Shown: positions 33,154 to 42,911 of the stretch, piece by piece
Layout of the letters: each line of letters starts with the position of its first letter
Numbering within the stretch: position 1 is the stretch's first letter
Assembly (NCBI GenBank): GCA_001661245.1
Contig: KV454011.1
Coordinates: forward strand, 1,452,724-1,516,723
Source of the DNA: Pachysolen tannophilus NRRL Y-2460
Lineage: Eukaryota
DNA: 64,000 bases
Reading direction: 5' to 3'
The notes under the pieces: model-generated
The model's input: only the letters and a program-made list of their open reading frames with translations
Told to the model about the DNA's origin: nothing
The model's database searches: none
Made by a program: the position numbers and the translations under genes

Positions 33154-34275
33154 ATGACTGATTTGACTCCTTTGTTCAATCAGTGTGTTAAGATAGTTGA
33201 AAAAGAGTTTGATGTTGACGAGCATCTGAAAAGTAATAAGAAAAATGTATTGGCATCTATAAACAAGCTGGATTTAGAATTCAATACAAAATTTATAAAT
33301 GATTGTTCGAATTTGAGTAAGACAATACAAGAATTCAAGACTCAGATTAATCAAATAAGACAGCCATATTTGTTATTGGATTTAGATGGTAATGGCAATG
33401 GTACTGGTGGTCGTGGTCATGGCCATGGCGGTGGCGGTAGCGGTGGTCACGGGGATAGGGATGGCGATGGTACATTGTCTGAAAGTGATAAAGATTTGAT
33501 TGATGAATCAACTTCGATTACGTTGCACAAATTGATCAAAAAGTTTAAAGAGTTGGAAGAGTTGAACCAGTATAAAATTGAAAATGTTGATAATAAGGTG
33601 ATAGAGGACATTGGAAGTGTTAGTGGGAATTTTTTAAAATTTTTAGTTGGTGATTTGGATCTTGATGAGGAAGATAACAATAAATTATATGTCAAGACTA
33701 TGATTATAGTGAGAAATTCCATATTGAAATATTTATCAAATCGATTAAAACAGGAAAGTGAAGATTTATCTGAAATGAAAGAAATCAGATTATCTAGAAA
33801 GAAAGAAATGAATAAAAGTTCATTTGCATCAAATTATTCAAATATCAATTCTTCAAATGGATTGGATATAGATAATGGATCAAGCAATTTCTTATTGATT
33901 GATGAAGAACAAGAAAAATCCAACCAAGAATTTTTACAAAAATTATCTTCAAAGCAACAAACAGTGTTGAAGAATGAAAATTTAAATATCTTGTTGAAAT
34001 TTAAAAATGAAGAATCTGCAAAGATAAAAGTCTTGGAAAGTTCAATTATGGACATTTTAAATCTACAAAAAGAATTGTCCATATATATTGACGAACAAAA
34101 TGTCAAGATCAATAGCCTTGAAGATCTTAATGATGATATCTTGCTCAATTTGAAAAGCGGGAATAAAGAAATTTTGAAAACAAGTGAAAGGTACTCGAAC
34201 GGAACTTCAAATATAGTGATGCTTATTATACTATTAGGGTTTATAGTCTTATTCTTAGATTTTATAAAACCTTAG
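33154..34275 (+). CDS. UFE1: ER Qa-SNARE (syntaxin-18 family)
   Basis: MTDLTPLFNQCV N-terminus, SNARE coil, C-terminal TM ...LFLDFI. Confidence 0.85.
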   Translation: MTDLTPLFNQCVKIVEKEFDVDEHLKSNKKNVLASINKLDLEFNTKFINDCSNLSKTIQEFKTQINQIRQPYLLLDLDGNGNGTGGRGHGHGGGGSGGHGDRDGDGTLSESDKDLIDESTSITLHKLIKKFKELEELNQYKIENVDNKVIEDIGSVSGNFLKFLVGDLDLDEEDNNKLYVKTMIIVRNSILKYLSNRLKQESEDLSEMKEIRLSRKKEMNKSSFASNYSNINSSNGLDIDNGSSNFLLIDEEQEKSNQEFLQKLSSKQQTVLKNENLNILLKFKNEESAKIKVLESSIMDILNLQKELSIYIDEQNVKINSLEDLNDDILLNLKSGNKEILKTSERYSNGTSNIVMLIILLGFIVLFLDFIKP

Positions 34276-34490
34276 ACTCTAAATAATAAAAAAGCTTTAC
34301 CCATCTTTTATCTTATAAATTTGTAATGACTCAACAACCTGTTGAAAGTACTATTTGCAAAGTCTCAAAAATTGTGCATTTTCTCAAAACCTCGATGTGT
34401 AAATATTAAATATATTATATATTTATACTAATTATATATTATTTAAGTTAATTGTTAAGGTATAATTTTTTTCTCCATCAATTATAGAAG

Positions 34491-37215
34491 ATGTCGAGAC
34501 TTGATGACTTTGACGAAGATGATTTGAATGATTATCAAAATGAGGAATTAAGTGGAGGCGAAGAATTCATTGAAGATGAATTATCAAATGAAGATTTAGA
34601 TCTTTTATATGATTTATTACCAAAGTTAAAAGATCAATTTGCAAATTATAATAATTCACTGATTAACGACCAAGTGTTGAAAGAAACATTATGGTACAAC
34701 TACTATAACTTAGAGGACTCAATCAAGGAGATCAAATCTAAATTCAAACCAGTCAAGAAAACTGAAATTGAAGGTATGTATATTTATTTAAAAAAAAAAT
34801 AGCCATTTTTTGAGCTCTATTTTTTTTTTTATTTTTTTATTTCTTCTCTATCTTGAATTGATTACAATGTTTGTTTGATTCTATTAAGTGTTTCTTTGAA
34901 GGGTTTCCTTCTTAAATTTTGTTTTTTTTCCATCCAAGAGTTCTTTTCTAATAGTCGTTGTGTATGGTATGGATAAAGAATGAAAATAAAAAAAAAATTG
35001 ACTAATTGTGAAAGAGAAAGAAAACTAACTTGTTTATTATGATGTATGATGATTAGGTGCCACTAATAAAGTAGGGTCTTCAAAATTGGCGATGTTGGCT
35101 AAGAAGAGAGCAGCAAAGAGAAGTGAGGTGTCTTTAGAAAGTACAATACAAAGTAGTAATTCCAATTCAGCAATTTCAATTTTAGATAGATTGTCTAAAA
35201 ATATCAATAAACATGAACCCGAACCTAGAAGAAGACGAAGACTTCCATTGAGGCCAAAACATATAAGGAATTTGAATGATCAAGTGAAAGAACAAGAAAG
35301 AATTAATGAAGTGCCCACATTTTCTGAAGGTACAAAAGAAATTACAATGGATCCCCAGGCCTCAAAGGAAAAACAAAATAGTTTGCTCAAATTCAGATTT
35401 GTGGTGACTCAACAATTAAATCCAAATTTATTAGGAGATCCTCAAAAATCAATTACTTTCACTTTAGCAAAAGAACTGGAAAAGGAAAACTTTTACGAAA
35501 GAAAAAAATCTTACAAACGTACATTAATAGAATCAAAAATACTATATCCAATCCCATTTTTATTCGATGATACTAACAAGAATAATGAATTGTTGCCATT
35601 AGCCAAAAAAATTAAAACCAATTTCAGTAAGGCAAGCCCCGATGATATTATTATCGCTGCTCAGAAGCAAGCTTTTGAAAGTGAAGGAAAACAAATTGAA
35701 ACAGTCAATAAAAACTTGTCTAATTTAAAAATTAGTAACAAAAAAGGTATTTATAAATCCACAGCTCCAAAGTTGAAAAATTTAGACGTAAGACAAGAAT
35801 TGATTCAAAAAAACTTAAAACCAGCACTATCATTTGTAGTTTTTGGTCATGTTGACTCTGGGAAATCTACAATGATTGGTAGGTTATTGTATGATTTGAA
35901 AATTGTTGATTCAAAAACATTACATAAATTGACTTTGGAGAGTGAAAGAATGGGTAAATCGTCATTTGCTTTAGCTTGGGTTATGGACCAGACTTCTGAA
36001 GAGCGTACTCGTGGTGTGACAATTGATATTGTTCAAACCCAATTTGAAACCAATGATTCAAATTTTACAATAATTGACTCCCCGGGACATAAAGATTTTA
36101 TTCCACAAATGATCAACGGTGTTTCTCAGGCAGATCTAGGTATATTAATAATTGATGCCAATAATTTTGAAAGTGGATTTGGTTTGAATGGTCAAACAAG
36201 GGAACAAATATTAATTGCTAAAAATCTTGGGTTGGATAAGTTGGTAATTGCAATTAATAAGATGGATATATTTAACTACGATCAGGATAGATTCCAATAT
36301 ATTAAAGAGCAATTATTGACATATTTGACGAATAACGATATTGGATATGAATTATCAAATTTAAAATTTTTACCTTGCTCCGGTTTAATTGGTGGAAACA
36401 TTGTAAATAAATTTACAGGTAATGAACTGGATTGGTATCAAGGTGGTACTTTGATAGAATTGTTGGAGGAAGAAAATAAATTGAAACATGGAAAAGAGGA
36501 TTCACTTCAAGCATTAATTGATGAGTTATTTTTAATGACCACGAATGATATTGACGAAGGTTCGAATAAAGGTGATGATTTAACAATCAATGGAAGGATT
36601 AATTCGGGTATAATACAACCTGGAGAATCAATAATATCTTTACCAACAAAGCAAGTTTTTGTTGTTGAGCAGTCAGCAATTTTGAAGGAAAACAATCAAC
36701 CTATAAAACAAAAGTTAATAACTAGAGGTGAATTTGTCACTTTAAAGTTGAAAAAAAACCAAGCACTGTCAGATCCAGTTGATGAAACGGTAAAAGTAGG
36801 CGATGTCTTTGTCAAGATCTCCAACGCTAATTTTGACTTGAACTCTATACCAATTAAGAATTCAGTCATTTTTAAACTGAGCTTGAAAATTTTTGAGTCT
36901 TTAAACAGACCACTCTTGATTGGTACCCCATTCGTCTTATTTAGAAACAGTATTGCAGTTCCTGCAAAGATAACCAAGATCCATTCTGTTTTACGTAAAA
37001 CATTGGATGAAAATGGCCATTACAAGAACTTGAAGAAAACCAAAAATTTGAAACATGTCAGTTCTTCACAGTCGGCACAAGTGGATATTCAGCTCATGGA
37101 TAACAGACAATTACCTCTAACTCGTTACCAAGATAATACTACTTTGGGAAGAGTCGTTATTAGAAAAGATGGTATTATTGTTAGCGCCGGTGTTGTTGAT
37201 CAAATATATACTTAA
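34491..37215 (+). CDS. HBS1: Hbs1/Ski7 translational GTPase; exon 1 34491..34773, exon 2 from 35057 (813 aa) or 35603 (631 aa)
   Basis: Hbs1 N-domain in exon 1 (LKETLWYNYYNLEDSI). GTPase motifs GHVDSGKST, DSPGH, NKMD. Donor GTATGT at 34774 and two in-frame acceptors. Confidence 0.93.
34774..35056 (+). other. HBS1/SKI7 intron, proximal acceptor (283 nt)
   Basis: GTATGT...AACTAAC (35023-35029)...TAG (35054-35056); G|GT = Gly, in frame. Confidence 0.85.
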
Positions 37216-37532
37216 ATATTTCTTTTTCAGTTTTCCCTTCACCAAAAAAGTTATTTTTACTCTCACCAATACCATCAATTGGAACTTGGATTCTCTTCCA
37301 AGAACACCATTTGAAAGATAATTGTAACTTTTACGCCTGTAGAGTTGTCGCTCCTTCCATGGAACGATTTGGAGAGTGGACACGCCTTTTGAAATCTGTC
37401 AGAGTAAAGCACCGAAGCATATATGGAGCACAACAGTTGACGTTTAGTATGTTGTTGATATTTCGATATTCACCGTAAGATCATAGATATTCAGGTATGG
37501 TGATATCTCATTACGACAGGATTGGGCAGTAA

Positions 37533-39104
37533 ATGATTGGGTATATGGATTACGTAGAGAAATGTTTTTATTCTACCACCAATTGGAATATAGACAATTT
37601 GACTGAGAATATATTGTCAACTTCAGAGAATTTGATAAATTTTAAATTACCAAAAGGTTTTAAATTTGATATCAGTTCAAATTCAACTGATTATAATTAT
37701 TCAAGTTTGAGTTTATCCAATAATGGGAAGTTGTCGGGGTCTTTAGCGTATTTGTATTGTTCTAAAAAATTGAAAATTGTTAATGGTACAAAAAATATTT
37801 CTTTACAAGAGGCAATTGATGGATATAGAGTAATTGAAAATCCTTTAAATAATTATGATTTTCTAGACAAGAAGAGGTCTCATGAAGATGGATCTTTGTT
37901 ATATGGACGTATGCATTTTCCAACAAGGGCCTTGGAAGCAATGATGATAAAAAGATTATCACCTACCTCGCAATTCACAGTCAAATGTATTAATTTGCCA
38001 AAACAAGTGAAAAATCAACTGAACCCTGGTATTATCACATTTTATTATCAAAATGATTTTGGGAAATATTCTAGGGAGTTTATATTCTCATCCAATGAAG
38101 CATTGATGGGATTTAGGTTCTTGTATAATATCGGATCCAACAAGAAGAATTTCAACTCTAAGAATAACACTAGTGGTGCTAATACGAATTTTAACACCAA
38201 CAATTCAAATAGTTTTGATAGTACTATAATCAAAAACTTTCACATGTACAATTCTATGTTATCATTAGGGACGGAGGTCTGGTATGGTGCTTTGAATATG
38301 TCACCTGGTTTGTCAAGTTCCTTACGTTATGCAACTCATTCTACTTCAACTGGGAAACCATTGACAATGACATTGTCTTGTAACCCCATTTTAGGAAATA
38401 TTTCATCTTCATATTCTGTAAAGACCAGCGTAAGTTCAACTTTTTGCTCGAAATACGATTTTAACATATATTCTTATGAAAGTAATTTATCGTTGGGTTG
38501 TGAATTATGGAAATTTTCTCATTCAAAAAATCCTAAGGTAGAATCTGATGTAGAAAGTCGGCGAAAAGATAAGAAGAAAGTTATTTTAGAAAATATCAAT
38601 GGATCAGATGATGATTTCAGAGTTTTGAATAAAAGCTTTCCTATTCTAAATGATAAAGGAAACAAAAAGCGAAGTATTGTTCATGGTATTGATGACGCAG
38701 ATTACATTCATAAGGAAAATTTAATCATACCTCAATACAATCCATACTATATAAATGTTGAGAATATAAATCGAAATAATAATGCATCAAGCTCGAATAA
38801 TAACAATAACAACAATAATAATAATCATAATAACAAAAACAATAACTTTAAAAAAAATAACAATAATTCCAGTTCAGAAGACGCTGAAAGTAATGATGTT
38901 ATTGCAACTTTTAGTAAATTAGTCAGCGACAGTGATTTTTCTAGTGTAATTAAAGCATCAACATCTTTGAAAGATAAAAATTTGAAGCTCTTGTGGCAAG
39001 GAAGATTTAATGGGTTCTTATTATCTGGTGGTTGTTGTATTTCTTTCAGAGAGCAAGTTCCTCAGTTGCCAGTTGTAGGCCTACAAGTACAGTATTCTTC
39101 ATAA
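37533..39104 (+). CDS. MDM10: ERMES/SAM beta-barrel protein Mdm10
   Basis: YMDYVEKCFY..T.W..DN, GSLAYLY, LLYGRMHFP, SPGLS..LRY.T, NPILG.ISSSY, YSYES, C-terminal QYSS. Confidence 0.95.
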   Translation: MIGYMDYVEKCFYSTTNWNIDNLTENILSTSENLINFKLPKGFKFDISSNSTDYNYSSLSLSNNGKLSGSLAYLYCSKKLKIVNGTKNISLQEAIDGYRVIENPLNNYDFLDKKRSHEDGSLLYGRMHFPTRALEAMMIKRLSPTSQFTVKCINLPKQVKNQLNPGIITFYYQNDFGKYSREFIFSSNEALMGFRFLYNIGSNKKNFNSKNNTSGANTNFNTNNSNSFDSTIIKNFHMYNSMLSLGTEVWYGALNMSPGLSSSLRYATHSTSTGKPLTMTLSCNPILGNISSSYSVKTSVSSTFCSKYDFNIYSYESNLSLGCELWKFSHSKNPKVESDVESRRKDKKKVILENINGSDDDFRVLNKSFPILNDKGNKKRSIVHGIDDADYIHKENLIIPQYNPYYINVENINRNNNASSSNNNNNNNNNNHNNKNNNFKKNNNNSSSEDAESNDVIATFSKLVSDSDFSSVIKASTSLKDKNLKLLWQGRFNGFLLSGGCCISFREQVPQLPVVGLQVQYSS

Positions 39105-39216
39105 TAAAAATATTTTCCTATCCATATAGAATTTCTTTACATTTTATTAATATATATTACAAATGATTTATAAAATCATCAAAAATGTCAACATTTAAGT
39201 ATTCAGCCTGGTGAGC

Positions 39217-42200
39217 TTAAATCCTCTTCCGTCTATGACCACTTTTTTTGACTGTCTGGTTTTCCAACGTTATCAAATTACTTCTTAATTGCTCACTTAA
39301 TATTTCGTCATTAATACCATCCAACTGATACCAAACATAATCTTGTTCGTACCTTACACCATTTTCAATCAAATTTTTCATCTTCTTTTGAACAGATTCT
39401 AAATCATCAGCACTATTTGCAATAATTGGTGAAAGATGATCAGGTATATTAATTAACTTCGCTGTCACTGAAGAATAAATTGGTACTGGTTTGACTAGTT
39501 CAGGATCTTCTTTTTTCTCCTCGGTGACTTCTTTTTCTCGAAGTTTTGGCTTTTGAAACCTTCTGTTCCTACCCTTTCTTCTTGATCTTTTCGTTACCTT
39601 ATTAGGAGGAGAGGAAGCCATCAGAGCTGAAGATGAAGTTGCTTGGGATTCAGGTGCTGAAGAATCCAACTTCTCACCATTGACTTCCTCCTCATTGTTG
39701 TGCAGTTCATCCTCCATTTTTATCCTGACTTCTTTCTCTTTTTCTTTCTCTTGTTTTTCTTTTAACCAGTTCTCGTATTTGTCAACATCATCCTGATTAT
39801 GAACCCACATAAATGATAATAGATAATCTCCATTATCTAATAGTTCAATAATACATTCTTTCGGTAAGAAATACCGAACTGAAGTATTTTCAACAAATTC
39901 AAATATTAAAGTTGCACCTTTACAATATTTTTCTTGTAATGGTGTTAACTTCTTACCTTCCTTCTTAACTGGCTTCGGTTTGGGTTTACTCTCGTCACTT
40001 TTTTTTGTCAGATTTTTCACTTGTGACTTAGATTCCTTTAGCTTTTCTTTTTCTAATCTTTTTTGCTCTTTAATTTTATCTTTCTCTTTTTGCTTTTCAA
40101 GTTGTTTCTTTAACTTTTCTTGTTGTTTTTTCTCTCTCTCCAGCAATTTTTTTTCTTGTTTCTGTTTCTTAGATTGCAGCCGATAAATTTTTGTTAGCTC
40201 TCCCGTTGGGTCCCCCTTAGCTTTAGCTTTATGGATATAACCTTGAAATTCAACTATTTGTTCATGGCTAGCTGATCCTGATGCTACAATTTTCATCAAG
40301 TCATTCAAGGCTGAATTTGCCCTAGCGAGAGCATTCAAATTTGAGATCATTATGTAATTCTCTAAAGTTTGCATGATTTTTTGAGGTTTTCTAGCCTCTT
40401 TTTTTTCTGTTTCAAGTTTATTGGCAGTCGTCTCCTCTGACTTCTTTTCGCCTTTATTATCTCCCTTATCATCTTCTCCTGGGGTCTTGGCTTTTTCCTT
40501 TGTTTCGACTTTATCTGCAGTCTTGTCTCCATCTTTACCAGATTCTTTAGTAGGTTCTTTACTTTCTATCTCCGGTGTCTTCACTTTTGTTTCTGATTCT
40601 ATTTTATGTGTAGTCTTTTCACCATCTTTATTGCTAGGTTCTTTGGTTTGCAGTTCCGGTGTCTTGACTTTTGCTTCTGATTCTATTTTATCTGTAGTCT
40701 TTTCACCATCTTTATTGCTAGGTTCTTTGGTTTGCAGTTCCGGTGTCTTGACTTTTGCTTCTGATTCTATTTTATCTGTAGTCTTTTCACCATCTTTATT
40801 GCTAGGTTCTTTGGTTTGCAGTTCCGTGTCTTGACTTTTGCTTCTAGATTCTATTTTATCTGTAGTCTTTTCACCATCTTTATTGCTAGGTTCTTTGGTT
40901 TGCAGTTCCGGTGTCTTGACTTTTGCTTCTGATTCTATTTTATCTTCAATCTCTTCGCCATCTTTGCTGGGTTCTTTACTTTCTACTTCTGGCGTCTTAG
41001 TAGATTCATCCTCGGTCTTCTCCTTGGATTCATTTTGTTCCTTACTATCTTCCTTGTTTTCTTCTTTCAGTACTTCGGTTTTTTTGTCTACTCCTTCTGT
41101 TTCTACCACTTTCTCACTTTTATCTTCTTCTACATCCAGGGTCTTTGCTTTCTTTTTCCGGACATTGTTTCACTATCTGGGTTCCTGATTTTGTTGCCCA
41201 TGCTGTGTTTTGCTTTCATCTTGCAGTACATTATTTGAAGNNNNNNNNNNNNNNNNNNNNNNNNNNNNNNNNNNNNNNNNNNNNNNNNNNNNNNNNNNNN
41301 NNNNNNNNNNNNNNNNNNNNNNNNNNNNNNNNNNNNNNNNNNNNNNNNNNNNNNNNNNNNNNNNNNNNNNNNNNNNNNNNNNNNNNNNNNNNNNNNNNNN
41401 TGATTCTATTTTATCTGTAGTCTTTTCACCATCTTTATTGCTAGGTTCTTTGGTTTGCAGTTCCGGTGTCTTGACTTTTGCTTCTGATTCTATTTTATCT
41501 GTAGTCTTTTCACCATCTTTATTGCTAGGTTCTTTGGTTTGCAGTTCCGGTGTCTTGACTTTTGCTTCTGATTCTATTTTATCTGTAGTCTTTTCACCAT
41601 CTTTATTGCTAGGTTCTTTGGTTTGCAGTTCCGGTGTCTTGACTTTTGCTTCTGATTCTATTTTATCTTCAATCTCTTCGCCATCTTTGCTGGGTTCTTT
41701 ACTTTCTACTTCTGGCGTCTTAGTAGATTCATCCTCGGTCTTCTCCTTGGATTCATTTTGTTCCTTACTATCTTCCTTGTTTTCTTCTTTCAGTACTTCG
41801 GTTTTTTTGTCTACTCCTTCTGTTTCTACCACTTTCTCACTTTTATCTTCTTCTACATCCAGGGTCTTTGCTTCTTTTCCGGACATTGTTTCACTATCTG
41901 GTTCCTGATTTTGTTGCCCATGCTGTGTTTTGCTTTCATCTTGCAGTACATTATTTGAAGTTTCCTGTTTCTGTTCATCCAGCATTACTTCAGGACTCTT
42001 GGATTTAATAACGACTTCATTACCATTTTCTCCAGCATCCTTTTGCTCTTTTTGTACATTATCTGTCGAGACTTCTTCCCTTTTAAGACTTGTGTCGCTA
42101 TTCAGTTGTTTCTCAAGATTGTTATCCTTCATGAGAAATAATCTGAGATCAAAGAAATGAGGACCTAATTGGATTACAGGTTCACATAATCTAATCAATT

Positions 42201-42693
42201 TCTCTCTTCTCTTCGTATGTGTCAGGACGTTGGTTCCGTCTGCTGAATTGTGATCCAGACTGTGATCCAGATCGGTAACAGTTTCAACCTCCTTTTTAGC
42301 CTCTTCCTTATCATTATCGTTACCATTTCTTTCGTTGATTTCATCTTTCTTACTCCAATATGGCTTGAATATACCACTTTCATCGTTGTATAACCAATTT
42401 TGCCTCGATATTATAAGAGAATTGTACAAAGTGGCACTGTCTTTGATCGACAACAAATCATCTCCTAATTCATCATAAACTGGCTCTTCAACAGATACCG
42501 GAAGAGAATTTGAAACCTTGAAAGGTCTATCGATCGATGGCAAATCCAACTCTAAATTAGCTAGAGACGTGGTTTTCTGTAATTCGGTCATAACTCTTGT
42601 CGAATTCAACGGCCGACCTCTTTTCCTGGGTGAATCATCATTCTCAGTCGATTGCAATGTCCCAACACTGCTGATACGACGCTTCGGTGGCAT
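39217..42693 (-). CDS. SWC3: SWR1 complex subunit Swc3-like protein; interrupted in the assembly by an N gap and an apparent false duplication (about 917 aa if merged)
   Basis: RPFKVSNSLP, LSIKDSATLYNSLIISRQNW, LGPHFFDLRLF, MISNLNALAR...LNDLMKIVASG.AS.EQIVEFQGYI, FEFVEN..VRYFLPKE, WYQLDG. Adjacent to MDM10 as in S. cerevisiae. Confidence 0.85.
40560..40945 (-). repeat. 84-bp (28-aa) coding tandem repeat IESEAKVKTPExQTKEPSNKDGEKTTDK, about 4 copies plus diverged flanks
   Basis: Units recur at roughly 84-nt spacing; one unit carries compensating -1/+1 indels. Confidence 0.9.
41241..41400. other. Assembly gap (160 N)
   Basis: Run of n. Confidence 1.
41401..41670 (-). repeat. Second array of the 84-bp repeat (3 copies), truncated by the gap
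   Basis: TGATTCTATTTTATC recurs at 41401, 41485, 41569 and 41653. Confidence 0.9.
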
Positions 42694-42827
42694 CTTCAAT
42701 GCCAATACTTGTATTTTTTTATCAATTTTTCTAATATATAAATATTGTTTGATCAACTGGAAAAGTTCAATTTTTAAATAATTTTTCTTTGTCGTGCTCA
42801 AGCTGTATTTTATAAATTTTTATTTAT

Positions 42828-42833
42828 ACGCGT
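42828..42833. promoter_or_regulatory. MCB element (ACGCGT) upstream of SMC5
   Basis: Exact ACGCGT about 80 nt upstream of the SMC5 ATG. Confidence 0.55.
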
Positions 42834-42911
42834 ACAACAACAAACAACGAAACATCAATCTTTTCAAAGATTGGATACGGTGGCTAGGTTAATTGAGGTT
42901 GATATCTGATT

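Noticed and set aside
34491..34802. Independent 103-aa gene
   Set aside because: It is exon 1 of HBS1/SKI7 reading into the intron.
40560..41670. CRISPR-like or transposon-derived repeat array
   Set aside because: Units are contiguous with no unique spacers, lie in frame in a eukaryotic gene, and no transposase, RT or LTR is seen in the window.
40421..42160. Plus-strand Ser/Leu-rich repeat ORFs
   Set aside because: Antisense reading of the SWC3 minisatellite.
39217..42801. Two separate genes (39217..41109 and 41173..42801)
   Set aside because: They are the two halves of Swc3, separated by the gap and duplicated contig ends.
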